Notes under the pieces: generated by a model | Seen by the model: the letters and a program-made list of their open reading frames with translations, nothing else | Told to the model about the DNA's origin: nothing | The model's database searches: none | Part shown: piece after piece, positions 34,756 through 46,754 of the stretch | Layout of the letters: every line of letters starts with the position of its first letter | Numbering within the stretch: the stretch's first letter is position 1 | NCBI GenBank assembly: GCA_964252035.1 | Contig: OZ176213.1 | Length of the DNA: 64,000 nucleotides | Strand: one strand, 5' to 3' | Source of the DNA: Podarcis erhardii | Lineage: Eukaryota | Position numbers and translations under genes: made by a program

Positions 34756-37700
34756 TTTTTTAAAAAAAATGATATTTTATTAGGTTTTAGCAATAAAAAA
34801 GTTATAAGACAAGCAATAGAAAAAACACAAGGAAAAAATACAAAAACACAAAAATACAAAAATACAAAAAAATACAGACAATTAACAGAAAAACAAAGAT
34901 CCCTCTTTTTTATCTTCTCCTCTTTAGTTAACTTATTTTCCTGACTTCCTCACGCCTCCCTTTTTTGTATTCCACTTAAAAATTAGTTCAGCAAATTCAT
35001 TAACTTCGAGCTTTCAACTAACACCAGTCCATTCTTACATTCTCAAAGCCAAAGTGAGAGCATTTGGGTCAAAATTAAGGGAGAGAAGAATAACAGGGAC
35101 CTCATTGTGGGAGTTTACTATAGATCCCCAAGCCAAACGGAGGACATAGATGATGCCTTCCTGGAACAGATGGCCAAGCATGCAAAAGGAAGGGAGATAG
35201 TAGTAATGGGGGACTTCAATTACCCGGATATTTGCTGGATGTCAAACTCAGCCAAGAGCATAAGGTCAAACAGATTCCTCACTGGCCTTGCAGACAACTT
35301 CATTGTCCAGAAAGTGGGAGAAGCAACAAGAGGAACAGCCATTTTAGATCTGGTCCTAACCAATGTTGATTACCTGGTTAGTGGTGTAGAAGTGGAAGGA
35401 TCATTAGGCGCGAGCGATCATGCTCTTCTGAAGTTTACTATACAGCAGAAAGGAGCAGCCAAGCATACTAGGACTCAATTTCTTGACTTTAAGAAAGCCG
35501 ACTTCATAAAACTTAGGGAAGTGCTGGGTGAGATCCCATGGACAGTAATACTAAAAGGAAAGGGAGTTCATGATGGCTGGGAGTTTGTTAAGAGGGAGAT
35601 AGTAAAAGCACAACTTCAGGCAATACCAATGAGACGGAAACATGGAAGGTGCCTAAAGAAGCCAGGGTGGCTATCTAAAGAACTTTTAACTGAGTTAAAG
35701 ATTAAAAAAGGATGTGTACAAAAAATGGAAAAGGGGGGAAACCACCAAAGAGGAATTCAAACAAATAGCCAGCACGTGTAGACACAAAGTCAGAAAAGCT
35801 AAAGCACAGAATGAACTCAGGCTTGCTAGAGAGGTTAAAAGCAACAAAAAAGGCTTTTATGGGTATGTTCGTAGCAAAAGGAAGAACAAAGAAACAGTGG
35901 GGTCACTCAGAGGAGAAGATGGTGAAATGCAAACAGGGGATACAGAAAGGGCTGAACTCAATGCCTTCTTTGCCTCAGTCTTCTCCGATAAAGAAAACAA
36001 TGCCCGACCTGAAGAATTTGGAGCAAATGACTCAGCAGAGGAAACGCAGCCCAGAATAACTAAGGAGATAGTACAAGAATACTTGGCTAGTTTAGATGTA
36101 TTCAAGTCTCCAGGGCCAGATGAACTGCATCCAAGAGTATTAAAAGAACTGGCAGATGTGATCTCAGAACCACTGGCACTCATCTTTGAGAATTCCTGGA
36201 GAACAGGCGAAGTCCCGGCAGACTGGAGGAGGGCAAATGTTGTCCCTATTTTCAAAAAGGGGAAAAGAGAGGACCCAAATAATTACCGCCCAGTCAGTCT
36301 GACATCAATACCAGGGAAGATTCTGGAGCAGATCATTAAGCAAACAGTCTGTGAGCACCTAGAAAGGAATACCGTGATCACCAATAGTCAGCATGGATTT
36401 CTGAAAAATAAGTCATGTCAGACTAACCTGATCTCATTTTTTGACAGAATTACAAGCCTGGTAGATGAAGGGAACGCAGTGGATGTAGTCTACCTTGATT
36501 TCAGCAAGGCATTTGACAAGGTGCCCCATGATATTCTCGTAAAGAAGCTGGTAAAATGCGGACTTGACTATGCTACCACTCAGTGGATTTGTAACTGGCT
36601 GACTGACCAAACCCAAAGGGTGCTCATCAATGGTTCCTCTTCATCCTGGAGAAGAGTGACTAGTGGGGTGCCACAGGGTTCTGTCTTGGGCCCGGTCTTA
36701 TTCAACATCTTTATCAACGACTTGGATGATGGTCTCAAGGGCATCCTGATCAAATTTGCAGATGACACCAAACTGGGAGGGGTGGCTAACACCCCAGAGG
36801 ACAGGATCACACTTCAAAATGACCTTGACAGATTAGAGAACTGGGCCCAAACAAACAAGATGAATTTTAACAGGGAGAAATGTAAAGTATTGCACTTGGG
36901 CAAAAAAAATGAGAGGCACAAATACAAGATGGGTGACACCTGGCTTGAGAGCAGTACATGTGAAAAGGATCTAGGAGTCTTGGTTGACCACAAGCTTGAC
37001 ATGAGCCAACAGTGTGATGCGGCAGCTAAAAAAGCCAATGCAATTCTGGGCTGCATCAATAGGAGTATAGCATCTAGATCAAGGGAAGTAATAGTGCCAC
37101 TATATTCTGCTCTGGTCAGACCTCACCTGGAGTACTGTGTCCAGTTCTGGGCACCACAGTTCAAGAAGGACACTGACAAACTGGAACGTGTCCAGAGGAG
37201 GGCAACCAAAATGGTCAAAGGCCTGGAAACGATGCCTTATGAGGAACGGCTAAGGGAGCTGGGCATGTTTAGCCTGGAGAAGAGGAGGTTAAGGGGTGAT
37301 ATGATAGCCATGTTCAAATATATAAAAGGATGTCACATAGAGGAGGGAGAAAGGTTGTTTTCTGCTGCTCCAGAGAAGCGGACACGGAGCAGTGGTTCTA
37401 AACTACAAGAAAAAAGATTCCACCTAAACATTAGGAAGAACTTCCTGACAGTGAGAGCTGTTCGACAGTGGAATTCTTTGGAGGTCTTTAAGCAGAGGCT
37501 TGACGACCATATGTCAGGAGTACTCTGATGGTGTTTCCTGCTTGGCAGCGGGTTGGACTCGATGGCCCTTGTGGTCTCTTCCAACTCTATGATTCTATGA
37601 TTCTATGATCTTTTACCTTATTACTAGAACCCCTTCATTTCATTTCAATGTCATCAACATTCAAAAATGTTACAATGTTTCTGTAAGTAGATTTTAAATT

Positions 37701-37926
37701 TCCTCCAATCTTCTTCCACCAACTCTTCTCCCTGGTCTCGGATTCTGCCAGTCATTTCCGCCATTTCCATGTAATCCATTACTTGCATCTGCCATTCTTC
37801 CAAGGTGGGTAGATCTTGTGTCTTCCAATGCTTTGCGATGAGTATTCTTTCTGCTGCTGTAGCGTACATAAAGAAAGTTCTATCCTTCTTTGGCACCAGT
37901 TGGCCGACTATGCCCAGGAGAAAGGC
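34756..37926 (-). mobile_element. 5'-truncated L1 (ORF2 C-terminus + 3' UTR + poly-A), interrupted by CR1
   Basis: Minus strand 37926-37654 encodes AFLLGIVGQLVPKKDRTFFMYATAAERILIAKHWKTQDLPTLEEW...WRKFKIYLQ (squamate L1 ORF2 tail). T-tract at 34755-34760 is the poly-A. 19-bp TSD CATTTCTTCTCTCTGTTCT at 34737-34755 and 37927-37945. Confidence 0.88.
35048..37609 (+). mobile_element. Young 5'-truncated CR1 LINE (partial APE endonuclease + reverse transcriptase, one frameshift)
   Basis: ORFs 35107-35781 (GDFNYP, ILDLVL, GASDH) and 35714-37528 (YRPVSL, KAFD, QGSVLGP, FADD); (ATTCTATG)n tail ending at 37609. Confidence 0.97.
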
Positions 37927-38830
37927 CATTTCTTCTCTCTGTTCTGCTCCCAGTGTCTCGAGGCTTTTTGGTCTTTGTAACACATCATATACATTGAGGA
38001 TGCAGGATACATAAAAATAATAGTTATTACCCACATCATATTGTTTCAGCCATCCAGGAAAAGGGGATGGATAATGTGATGTTAAAAATCCTCCTTCCTC
38101 TCACATCAAGCTTCCTCTCACATGAGAACACCAAATGGTGCCTCAAGGAATAAAAGCATTACTCCCAAAATAGAGATTAGTGTATTTTGAAGAAAAGAAC
38201 AATTATTTCCGCATAGAACTCTGCCTCTAAGATGCATCTGCAAGTGGAAAGACCAGGCTTAACAGGGTGATTTAAAATCCAAAAGGAAACTACAAAGGGA
38301 AGCCCAACTTTATTCAAAAAATCTAACATATAAACTTTCCTTTTTAATAATGTTCAAGGGATCACTAATTTCATGTTACTGCTTGCAGCTTCAGGAGGCT
38401 CTTAAATTAATCACATGGTTTAGCAACAGCTGCAGCCACACTAAGAATATACATTTACAATTTCTTAAGTCAGCCTGTGGTCTTTCTTGAAATAGAGGCA
38501 AGTTCATTTCAAAACCAAGAAGAAAGTATATATTTGAAAAGTAATTATTTAGGTTAACCAAACAGCAGATTATTTTTAACATCACTGTTCCATAGATTTC
38601 AATATCTGGGCATCCTCTTACCACAAAGGTCTTGGAAAGTCACTCTTAAATTGTAGATCTGTTCTTCCATTAGGTACATCTGAAGATGACAAAAATTTGA
38701 TATAGTTGGATATACTAATTACTAGTTGAGTTGCAGGCTCACAAAGCTAGCATTATTTGTCACTATTTTGGGAAGAGCAGGGTTTTCCTCTTGGTTGCTC
38801 AACAACCTTCTGCCAGCAAAACAAGTATAT

Positions 38831-39396
38831 TGTAAGGCTCCCATCCCAGAATGCAACAACAGTGGCACTTAATTGGAGCAAGAAACAGATGTTTGTTCAG
38901 GCACAGTATGAAGCACAGGTCCAGGAGTGGTGAGGGTACATGAGGAAGACGAGTGATCCACAATGAGTGACATGTCTCTTCCTCCAAGCTTGTAAAGGGT
39001 GAGCCTGCTGCATGTGCACCTGCGAACTCCTCCTAGGCAGGTGCAACTGATCCCATCTACAACAATGACACTTTGTTCAATGTGACAAAGCTGGGTCCTG
39101 TCCCCCTGCCTCCAGTTCATCTTGTTCAGCATCTCCCCGCTCCCTAATGAATCTCTGCACACCTCAGGAGTGGGGCAGTGCGGAGAGCCAGTAGCTCTGC
39201 TTCCCCATCTGTGACACCTGGAGTTACAAGGGGCAGGTTCCCATCCTTCATCTCCAGGTGTCTGTTATCCTCCCCTCCATCAGCTCTATCTCCATCCTCC
39301 TCCTCTTCTGTTTGGGACTGCCGTGGCATGCCTGATCTTGATGGGACCAAGGGATTCATGGCATCTACTGCTATGTGACTTTAACGTAGTGCTACA
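38831..39396 (-). mobile_element. Possible solo LTR
   Basis: 566-bp GC-elevated block with TGTA...TACA terminal inverted ends. No TSD detected (ATAT vs TTGG), so the call is tentative. Confidence 0.3.
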
Positions 39397-40965
39397 TTGG
39401 ACCCAACATCATACCAGGCCCCCGACACCAGTCTTCAACTTAAGGAACAGAAATGGTGCCCTATGTATTCAGGCATCATTTCCTGCCCTTATCATTAGTC
39501 TTTCCTGGTGTCGCCAGGCACCAAGCCCAGTGACGACCTCTAAGGCAAGGGAGTGCAGCCAAGCAGCTGGAACTCTCCCGGCTCATGAGGCAGGAAATTG
39601 CCAGCCACCACTGCCTGTCAGAAGCAGTCAGTGCTTATTTCTTCAAGCATCTTGTAGGCATCAATACCTGTTAAAGGAATACCTTCAGCTATTAGGTAGC
39701 TCAGAGACAGTCCATCTTCTGTATTCTCAGGGGCTGTTCTAATATCCTTACAGTGGTTCAGAAGCCAGAAGTGTACTTTGCAGCACAAAACGAACTGCTA
39801 GGCATCTATGCTTACTGAAGTCTTCTAGATCAACCGGGCATCCCTTTCTAGATTGCACTGCGAGTGTCGGCATTGCCTGATAGCAAGCAATCAAGTTACA
39901 GAAAAGTCAGACGTCTCATCACAACACATACTGTAGGGTATGTGCTTTGAATTTGGCTCCCTTTCTTGGTGGAGCAGAACATAATTTGAAATGTACAGAA
40001 GATGCAAATATTTCTTGTTCCTCCAATTTTTGAATGACTGATATATTCTAACATGAGGTATCTGTGAAATCAAGGAATGGGAAATACAGTTCTGGGCTTA
40101 ATTACATATCTGTAAAAGAGATGAACTGTCTAGCTGGAATGTACAGTCTGGAGATAACCATATAAACTAGTTTCCTGCAGTGTTTTTGAGCTTCCTAACT
40201 TAAGATTGTGCCATTCTGTACTCACTCATATTTCTATTCTCTTATATTGCACATGAATAACTCAAGGAAATTGCTTTTCCATTCTATTTCCTGAAGTCCA
40301 AAATGCACCATTATTTCGTTTTGCTTTCTGACAGCACTGTTCTCAGTATTTTTGACCTCCATAAACCACAGTCTTTCAACTTATCTCAATGACTCTAAAA
40401 TTATATTTTGACCTTTGATTATAGTGCCCAACCATCCATTTCCTCAGAACCATCTATCTTTTTTTCCTTCAGCTGCCTTTTCAGTGCCTCGTGTTTTGTT
40501 TGGTTTTAAACCCATATATTAATTTTCTTTTTAGCCCTTGGAGAGCTTGTTAAAAAATATTGTTCTTCTTAAGAAGAGCTGCCTGTGGATATGCAAGTTA
40601 TCAGATGAGTCAAATTTAAGGAACATGTGCTTAGCATTTGTGTACATAAGAAAGCTGGTTTGGTTTACTATGTCGGGGCTGGCAGACGTGGAGTCAAATC
40701 CTAGCTCTGGATTCACAAGGAAAGGCACAATATTTTAAACCATGGGCGGACACTCTATTGAAAAAGTTATCACAGATTGCACAGGCAGAGGAGTTTGTAG
40801 AAACTCTGAACACAGGATGTGGGCCTGTGAGGCTGCAACAAATTCAGGCTCTAGTGCTACACTTCTGCCTGACAAAAAGCACTCCCCCACCAAAGCTATT
40901 GGGGTGGGTGCAGATTTATTACACCTCACAGCAAAGTAATGCTTTCTCTTTGACTTAATTTGTGG

Positions 40966-41179
40966 CAGAGATGGATTTAGGGTGGGGTGGGTGTTTCCCC
41001 TGCGCAGTGCACCAAGCTGGGAGGGGGCGCAAAATAACCGTTGCCACCACATATTTATATGGGTACCTACTGAGAAGATCCACAATAAAACGAAATAAAA
41101 TAAAAATATGTTTTGTGAGGAGGAGGAGTCCTCCAATTTTGTCCTCGCTCAGGGCTCCATATTACCGAATTCCATCCCT
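40966..41179. mobile_element. hAT MITE
   Basis: Degenerate TIR CAGAGATGGATTTAGG / CCGAATTCCATCCCT; perfect TSD ATTTGTGG at 40958-40965 and 41180-41187. Confidence 0.8.
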
Positions 41180-41459
41180 ATTTGTGGCATGGTTGCCGAA
41201 AAGACTGGACCCCACTTTTTGTTTATTTATTATTTAATCCTTCGTTAAAAATCTTAAACAGCGTCCGTAGTCTGCTTTCTTAGATCTTTGAATTAGTTGC
41301 CAGTTATTAGTGAGTTGTGAGCCAAACCTGGGTTACAGTCTCCCAAAAGTGCATTGCCCCAGGGCTACAGCTGCCATTTTCATTTTATTTTAAAGACAAG
41401 GAGAAAGAGAGGTGAAGTAAAGTAAGCAGATTGATTCTTGTCAGGCAGAAGTTAGGTTG

Positions 41460-41628
41460 GGGAATGCCTATAGCTCAGCAGTAGAGCATCCGCTTTCCAT
41501 GCATAAGGTCCCAGGTTCAATCCCCAGCATCTCCAGGTAGGACTGGAGTGTCCTTGCCTGAAATCCTGGACAGTACAGAGTTAGGTGGATCAATGGTCTG
41601 ACCTGCTGTAAGGCAGCTTCCTGTGTTT
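41460..41628 (+). mobile_element. tRNA-headed SINE with L2-type tail
   Basis: A box tagctcagcagtagagc, B box ggttcaatcccc, then a non-tRNA body and the tail aaggcagcttcctgtgtt. No acceptor stem or CCA end. Confidence 0.8.
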
Positions 41629-41875
41629 CTGTAAGGCTGTTGTAAAAACTACTGAGCTATGTGCATGAAGCTATTTGCTTGAAAAGTAGTATGCAAGTTA
41701 TTTAAGTACTGTTAATAGAATTAAATTCTTTGTACTTGTGGCAAGTAGTTTAGTATGTTAGGTCATGGTCATTAGATTATTTGCTGAATAAATCGCAGGG
41801 AAACATTTTTTCTGAGTTAACTTCTTTCCGTGGAATTATATTCTGAACTTGTTGTCTGTTACTGCCTTTGTTCAG

Positions 41876-41959
41876 GTATACAACATGTTTCAACACCAGA
41901 GCCTTGGAGTTAAAGTCAATATTCGAGTGACTAAGCTTGTCCTTCTTCAAAGCCGTCCT
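41876..41959 (+). CDS. ADAMTS17: ADAMTS17 coding exon 5
   Basis: Acceptor TTTGTTCAG|; [28 protein letters not shown]; donor CCT|GTAAGT; 84 nt. Not in the supplied ORF track; read manually. Confidence 0.97.
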
Positions 41960-42916
41960 GTAAGTTGGTGACAACCTGCTATGGTGGTGTTTTTATTTTG
42001 CTCAAAACAACTGTTTGAAATTGTGACTTTGATAACCATTAAATAATAGATGGGTTAAATAAAACAGCAGTGGACAGATTGCAGAGTTCCACAACCCACG
42101 TGCTGTAGCCATCTTTGGTGAGGTTTCTTTCACTGAAGTGAGGAAGTGCCAGTTTACCTGAAATTGACCTGGATCCACTGGTGGGCTGCAGTTAATTTCT
42201 GCCCCAAGTCTGGAAGCCCACATCCTCGTATTGCGATGTCACATGTAGGCCAACTCTCCTTGCTAGATTTGCCTTCCTATCATTCTTAAGATTGACTGCT
42301 TTTGATTATATGTATATATGCTCCTAGGCAGAGCAGGGTTAGAGCAGAGCCTGAAAAAACCTAGTCGAGTAGGGAGAGTTTGCGGAGAAATCTGCCAGGG
42401 CACAGGCACTGCCAGGGCATAGGCACAACCATGGCAGAATCTGGAAAACAGGGACCAAAACTAGGCTAGACCCTGGTAGAGTATGGGCAGAACTGTAGAG
42501 AATCTAATGGGTCATTGGTGAAGTTTCCCCAGAAATGATTTTACAGATCCCATTGCTGGTTACTAGATAGAACATGACTTTATTGGTTGGGCTGCTAAAA
42601 TACTGCTTGGCAATCTTCATCCCATTGCTCCCTGTACTAATGCAAAGTGAAAATGCACCCCCTCTGCTTTTGCAGCAAGATTTCTTTCCCATGCAAAGTG
42701 GTCCTCTCGTCTAGGCAGCCACCTCTGTGAAAGCTAGCCCTGGTAGAGTTATTCCTCCGGTCCATATTAGTTGTCCATATTTTGTCCATATTAGTTTGTC
42801 ATGAAAGATTCTTGGTTCATGTTCTACTGATGGCCTACTCATTGCTTGCAGATTTGCCACCTGGGTTGATCCCCTCCCTGCTTTGTGTCTCTTCAATTCC
42901 TCTTTGTTTCCTGAAG

Positions 42917-43074
42917 GCCAAGCTGTCCATTGGGCATCATGGGGAGAGGTCCCTGGAGAGTTTTTGCCATTGGCAAAATGAAGAATTTGGTGGCGCAAAG
43001 TACCTTGGAAATAATCAGGTGCCGGGAGCACGAGATGACACCCCTCCAGTGGATGCTGCTGTCTTTGTCACCAG
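42917..43074 (+). CDS. ADAMTS17: ADAMTS17 coding exon 6
   Basis: Acceptor TTTCCTGAAG|; AKLSIGHHGERSLESFCHWQNEEFGGAKYLGNNQVPGARDDTPPVDAAVFVTR; donor CAG|GTAGTG; 158 nt. Confidence 0.98.
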
Positions 43075-46000
43075 GTAGTGATTTTAATTCAGATTGATTG
43101 ATCCCCTCCAAGACTGGCTTTTTTATTTCAGGTGCATCCTGCAACATGTTCTTGACACAATAATAGTTGCATTACTGATGGTGGATTTGTTCTGCTTTAG
43201 TTTGTTTTGTGATGCTTCCTCAATGCTACCACATTATTTCTGCCTAGAGGGGCTATAGGACATCAAAAGCATGACAAAAATACAACAGAACATTTCTGGT
43301 ATGAAAAGTTACTGGATTTCAGCAGGATATGCACTGATTGGAAATAAAGCAGTATGATTGCCCCCAAACATTGGTGGGCATAAGTAGTATTAAAAGCAGG
43401 ATCACGTGTGACTGCCCTGGTATAATCATGAGCACAGATAATCTTGAATGAACAATAAAAAGGAATGTCTGGAGGAACCCACTGATGACTCCCACTGGCT
43501 TTGGGTTCTGAGAGGCTCTTGGGCAAGATGCTGTCATTTGTCATTTGAAGAGATGGAAAGAGGTTCTTAAAGCAGTGCCTACCCTATCCCAGAGTGCTAT
43601 TTGCAAGAGACATCCCTTTACTCTTTGCTCCTCACTGGGGACTTGGGCAGGGTCTTTCATTCTGTGTTGTGTCCAAAGAAGCTGGACTCCTCCTTGCTGC
43701 TTCTGTCCTGCCCTAGTGGAAAGTGGAACTGGCAGAACTATTGGCACAATGGGCTTCTTGCTAATCGCTTATCCTTATTAAATGCCCAGCACTGTTATCA
43801 AGCATTGGCCATTATCAGTAGCAAAACCACATAAATATGGGCCATGCTGCCTATTGTGACTGTCCTCTGGAGAGCCCCTCCCTGTTTCAAGCTCAGGGCT
43901 TTTCTCATCACCAGGCACACATTGATGTTTGCTTATTTATACTCCTGCCACCTCTGGGGTCTGCTGCCCCTGACTTTACAACTTTCTTCTCTGCTTTTCT
44001 CCTCCATCCTTGTTACACATCTGTATTCTCTCTCCTCTTAATTTACCAGAGGTGATGCTACTTTTCTTACTCCTAATGCAGTCAGTATCTTTCATCTCTT
44101 TCCCTTGTTTCTTCTGGTTCAGTACCTGGTTCTATGCTTGTTCATTCTCAATTTCACACTCACTCACTCACACACACACATTCCTTCTCCTTGCCTGCCC
44201 TCCTTTCTAGTCCAGCCACGCTCACTCTCTCTTCTCCTTCTCTTGCGCTGGATTCCATTCATCTGCAGTCTCTTTGCTGCACCTCCTCCTTTCACTCCCA
44301 CTTCCTTTCCCCATCTCTTTCTCAGTGGCTGGGACCTGCATGCAGTGCATCTCTCACCCCACTGTTATTCTCTGCCAGGTTGAATAGTGCTGCATCCTTA
44401 GCTTGGTCACCCTGCTTCATCCTTCCTAGCTTATGTTCTGGTCAGACTGCCAACACCTTAGCATGCTGGAGACCTTACCTTGCTTTAGATTCACAGAAAA
44501 CTTAGTTGAGTTACTGAAACTGAGTTTAAACAAATACTATGTTTGTAAATGGTTCATATGTATATTTGCTAAACACTTTTAAGTGAAAGGTTCACAATAT
44601 TTCCAAAGACATGTGCCAGCCAGATGGGGAGATGGGGAGAACCATAATTTTTGTTCCCTGTGTTGCATTTCCCCCTCCTTCATAATCCACCCTTGGTGTC
44701 AACATAGTTATTCATTTTTAAGATTCAGGGTGATTTGCAAACCAAATACAATTAAAATAGAAGAACAGTTTTAAATGGTCAATAGAGCCTCATGAAACTC
44801 AGTTAAAATCTTATCACAGAATTAACAGCCGAGCTTAAAGTTGCTACAGGATGGGAGAGGTCTTAACCAACTTCAAAAATATCAAATGGGGCTGGTCTAA
44901 TGCATATTCTTCAGCAGGAAGATCCTCAGTGAGGTTGCCATTGCTGAAAAGTCTTGGCTTATTACAGAATCCCAAGGCACATGGATTAGGGTCCTTGTGA
45001 TTATTGCATATAGACCCCTTTGGGTAGCATTGCTGGAGAAGCAGAGTATAGAAATTGCAAAAAAAAATGAAAAAAAAATGAGAGCAGGTGATACCTTAGA
45101 TCCCCAGATTTACCTGTGCTTTAAATTAATTAGTACCCTTGCTTCAAAATGTAACATTATATTTACATTACATTACAAAATGAGGTTAAGTGCTGACCTC
45201 TTGATCTTCTTTGAACCCTGAGATGTGATTGGATTCTCTGATTTCTCTCCCCACTTCAATGTAAGCTTTAACACACACTCAAGCACACTATATTGTTGAG
45301 AGGGGCAGCAAAGGTCCACTGTTTTACATATTCTCCTTCCTTACCCACTGGGTTGATTTACCAAATGGAATGCCACATGTACTTAAGCGTTTGGAGCAGC
45401 TAGTCACTCAGGGAAAACTTGGGACACCCTCCAAATTATATGGATTTGGAGAAGTTTACAGAAGTAATAATAGATGGGGCGCTCCAGCTGCCACTGGTTT
45501 GGATAATGGACTCAAAGATTAGCTCATTTTGTGAGAGAATTGGGCACCATACCAATGTAGGGCTTCAGCAAAACCACATCCACCCTGCAAAATAAGCCAG
45601 CGCTGTGTTGCCACAATCTTTCCCTTCCTGTATATCTTTTTGCTTTGGCTTTTTTGTCTTGCTTGAACTTTCCCCTGCATAGGAAAGGACAGTGTGTCAG
45701 TTGGAAGATTTCTTGGCTCAACTCTTTTTGGTTTCTGTGGCACAAAAGTTAGCATTTTCAGCTAGGCGCTGCAAGCTTCTTCATTAAGCGTTGGCTTTCA
45801 AAATGCATGTACATGTCCCTAGATGCTCCCCAGTGTGTCCACTTTGGAAGGGCTAAGCCAGGGAAAGGCAGGAGCTGGTTTTTCAACAGCTGCAGCTGCT
45901 ACAGTTAGCATAAGAACTAAGCTCTTAAGGGTCAGCCTCTAAAAATGAACTTTTTTCTGGCTTTTGTAGGGCAGGCTATGTTTGTTTGGGCAATGGAGGA

Positions 46001-46706
46001 GCCAAACGCAGCTTATCTCTGGGAAGTTGTATTCTAAATTTCTATTTATGTGATTGCACCCCACCTTGATAGCATGCTGTAACATAAGAAAAGCCAAGGC
46101 AATCTACTCCAGCATCCTGTTCTCACAAATACCTCTGGGAAGTCCAAAAATGGAATTCTCCCCAACTGTGATTCCCAGCAGCTGGTCTTCAGAGGTATAG
46201 TGCCTCTAACAGTGGAGGTACAACACAGTAGTCACTAGTAGCCGCTGATAGCTTCATCTTCCATGATTTTGTCTAATCCTCCTTTAAAGCCGTTGGTGGC
46301 CATCACTGCCTCTTGTACAAGGGAGTTCCATAGTTTAACTATGCACTTTGTTTAGATGAAGGGCGGTATTAATAATAATAATTTCACCTTTGCCCTTTGC
46401 TTTCTGCAAGGTGTCCTGAAGCTAGAGGGTGGGGGCACAATTAAAATGATTTTCTGATACATTATTTTCCTTATGACAAGATGTTGCGTGCTTGAGAAGG
46501 ACCAAGGAAAAGTTTTCATAGGACTGTGCAGAAACTACCCTGAGATATTTCCCTAATCTTATCAGAAATTCTTCTTTTGCTGCCCTTGAAGTTCCACAGA
46601 TGTTTCTCTTCTGCAATAATTAAATTCACCTCAAAATGTCGGTTCTGGTGAGATTTGCCAGCAATTCATTGCTGATTACTGAAAAAGAACCTTTATTTGA
46701 TGTGCT

Positions 46707-46754
46707 CCTTCCTTCCTTCCTTCCTTCCTTCCTTCCTTCCTTCCTTCCTTCCTT
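46707..46754. repeat. (CCTT)12 microsatellite
   Basis: Directly visible. Confidence 0.96.

Larger units (their letters stand above)
34570..37975 (-). mobile_element. RTE-clade LINE 3' remnant split into 34570-34755 and 37927-37975 by the L1 insertion
   Basis: Minus strand ...gagaagaaatgccatggtgcatctgcagcaaaacaaccagacaccttcatctgccccagctgc...tttgacttcacccctaaaggtgcactcctccattgtc... resembles recalled RTE 3' ends, which encode a C-terminal FICPSC-type zinc finger. Confidence 0.65.

Noticed and set aside
35107-37528. CR1 ORFs as a host gene or autonomous element
   Set aside because: 5'-truncated within the endonuclease, no ORF1 or promoter, and frameshifted; it is a retrotransposon copy.
37654-38034. 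126-aa minus-strand ORF as an independent gene
   Set aside because: Chimeric read-through: the L1 ORF2 C-terminus (from 37926) is fused across the TSD to RTE remnant and flanking sequence.
41460-41535. tRNA gene candidates (also heads at 5159, 9325, 14372, 26470)
   Set aside because: A and B boxes are present, but there is no acceptor-stem closure and each continues into a LINE-derived tail; they are SINE heads.
17725-43520. Hammerhead ribozyme cores at CTGATGA occurrences (about 17731 and 43484)
   Set aside because: No downstream GAAA with compatible stems; the first lies within a mutated Sauria SINE.
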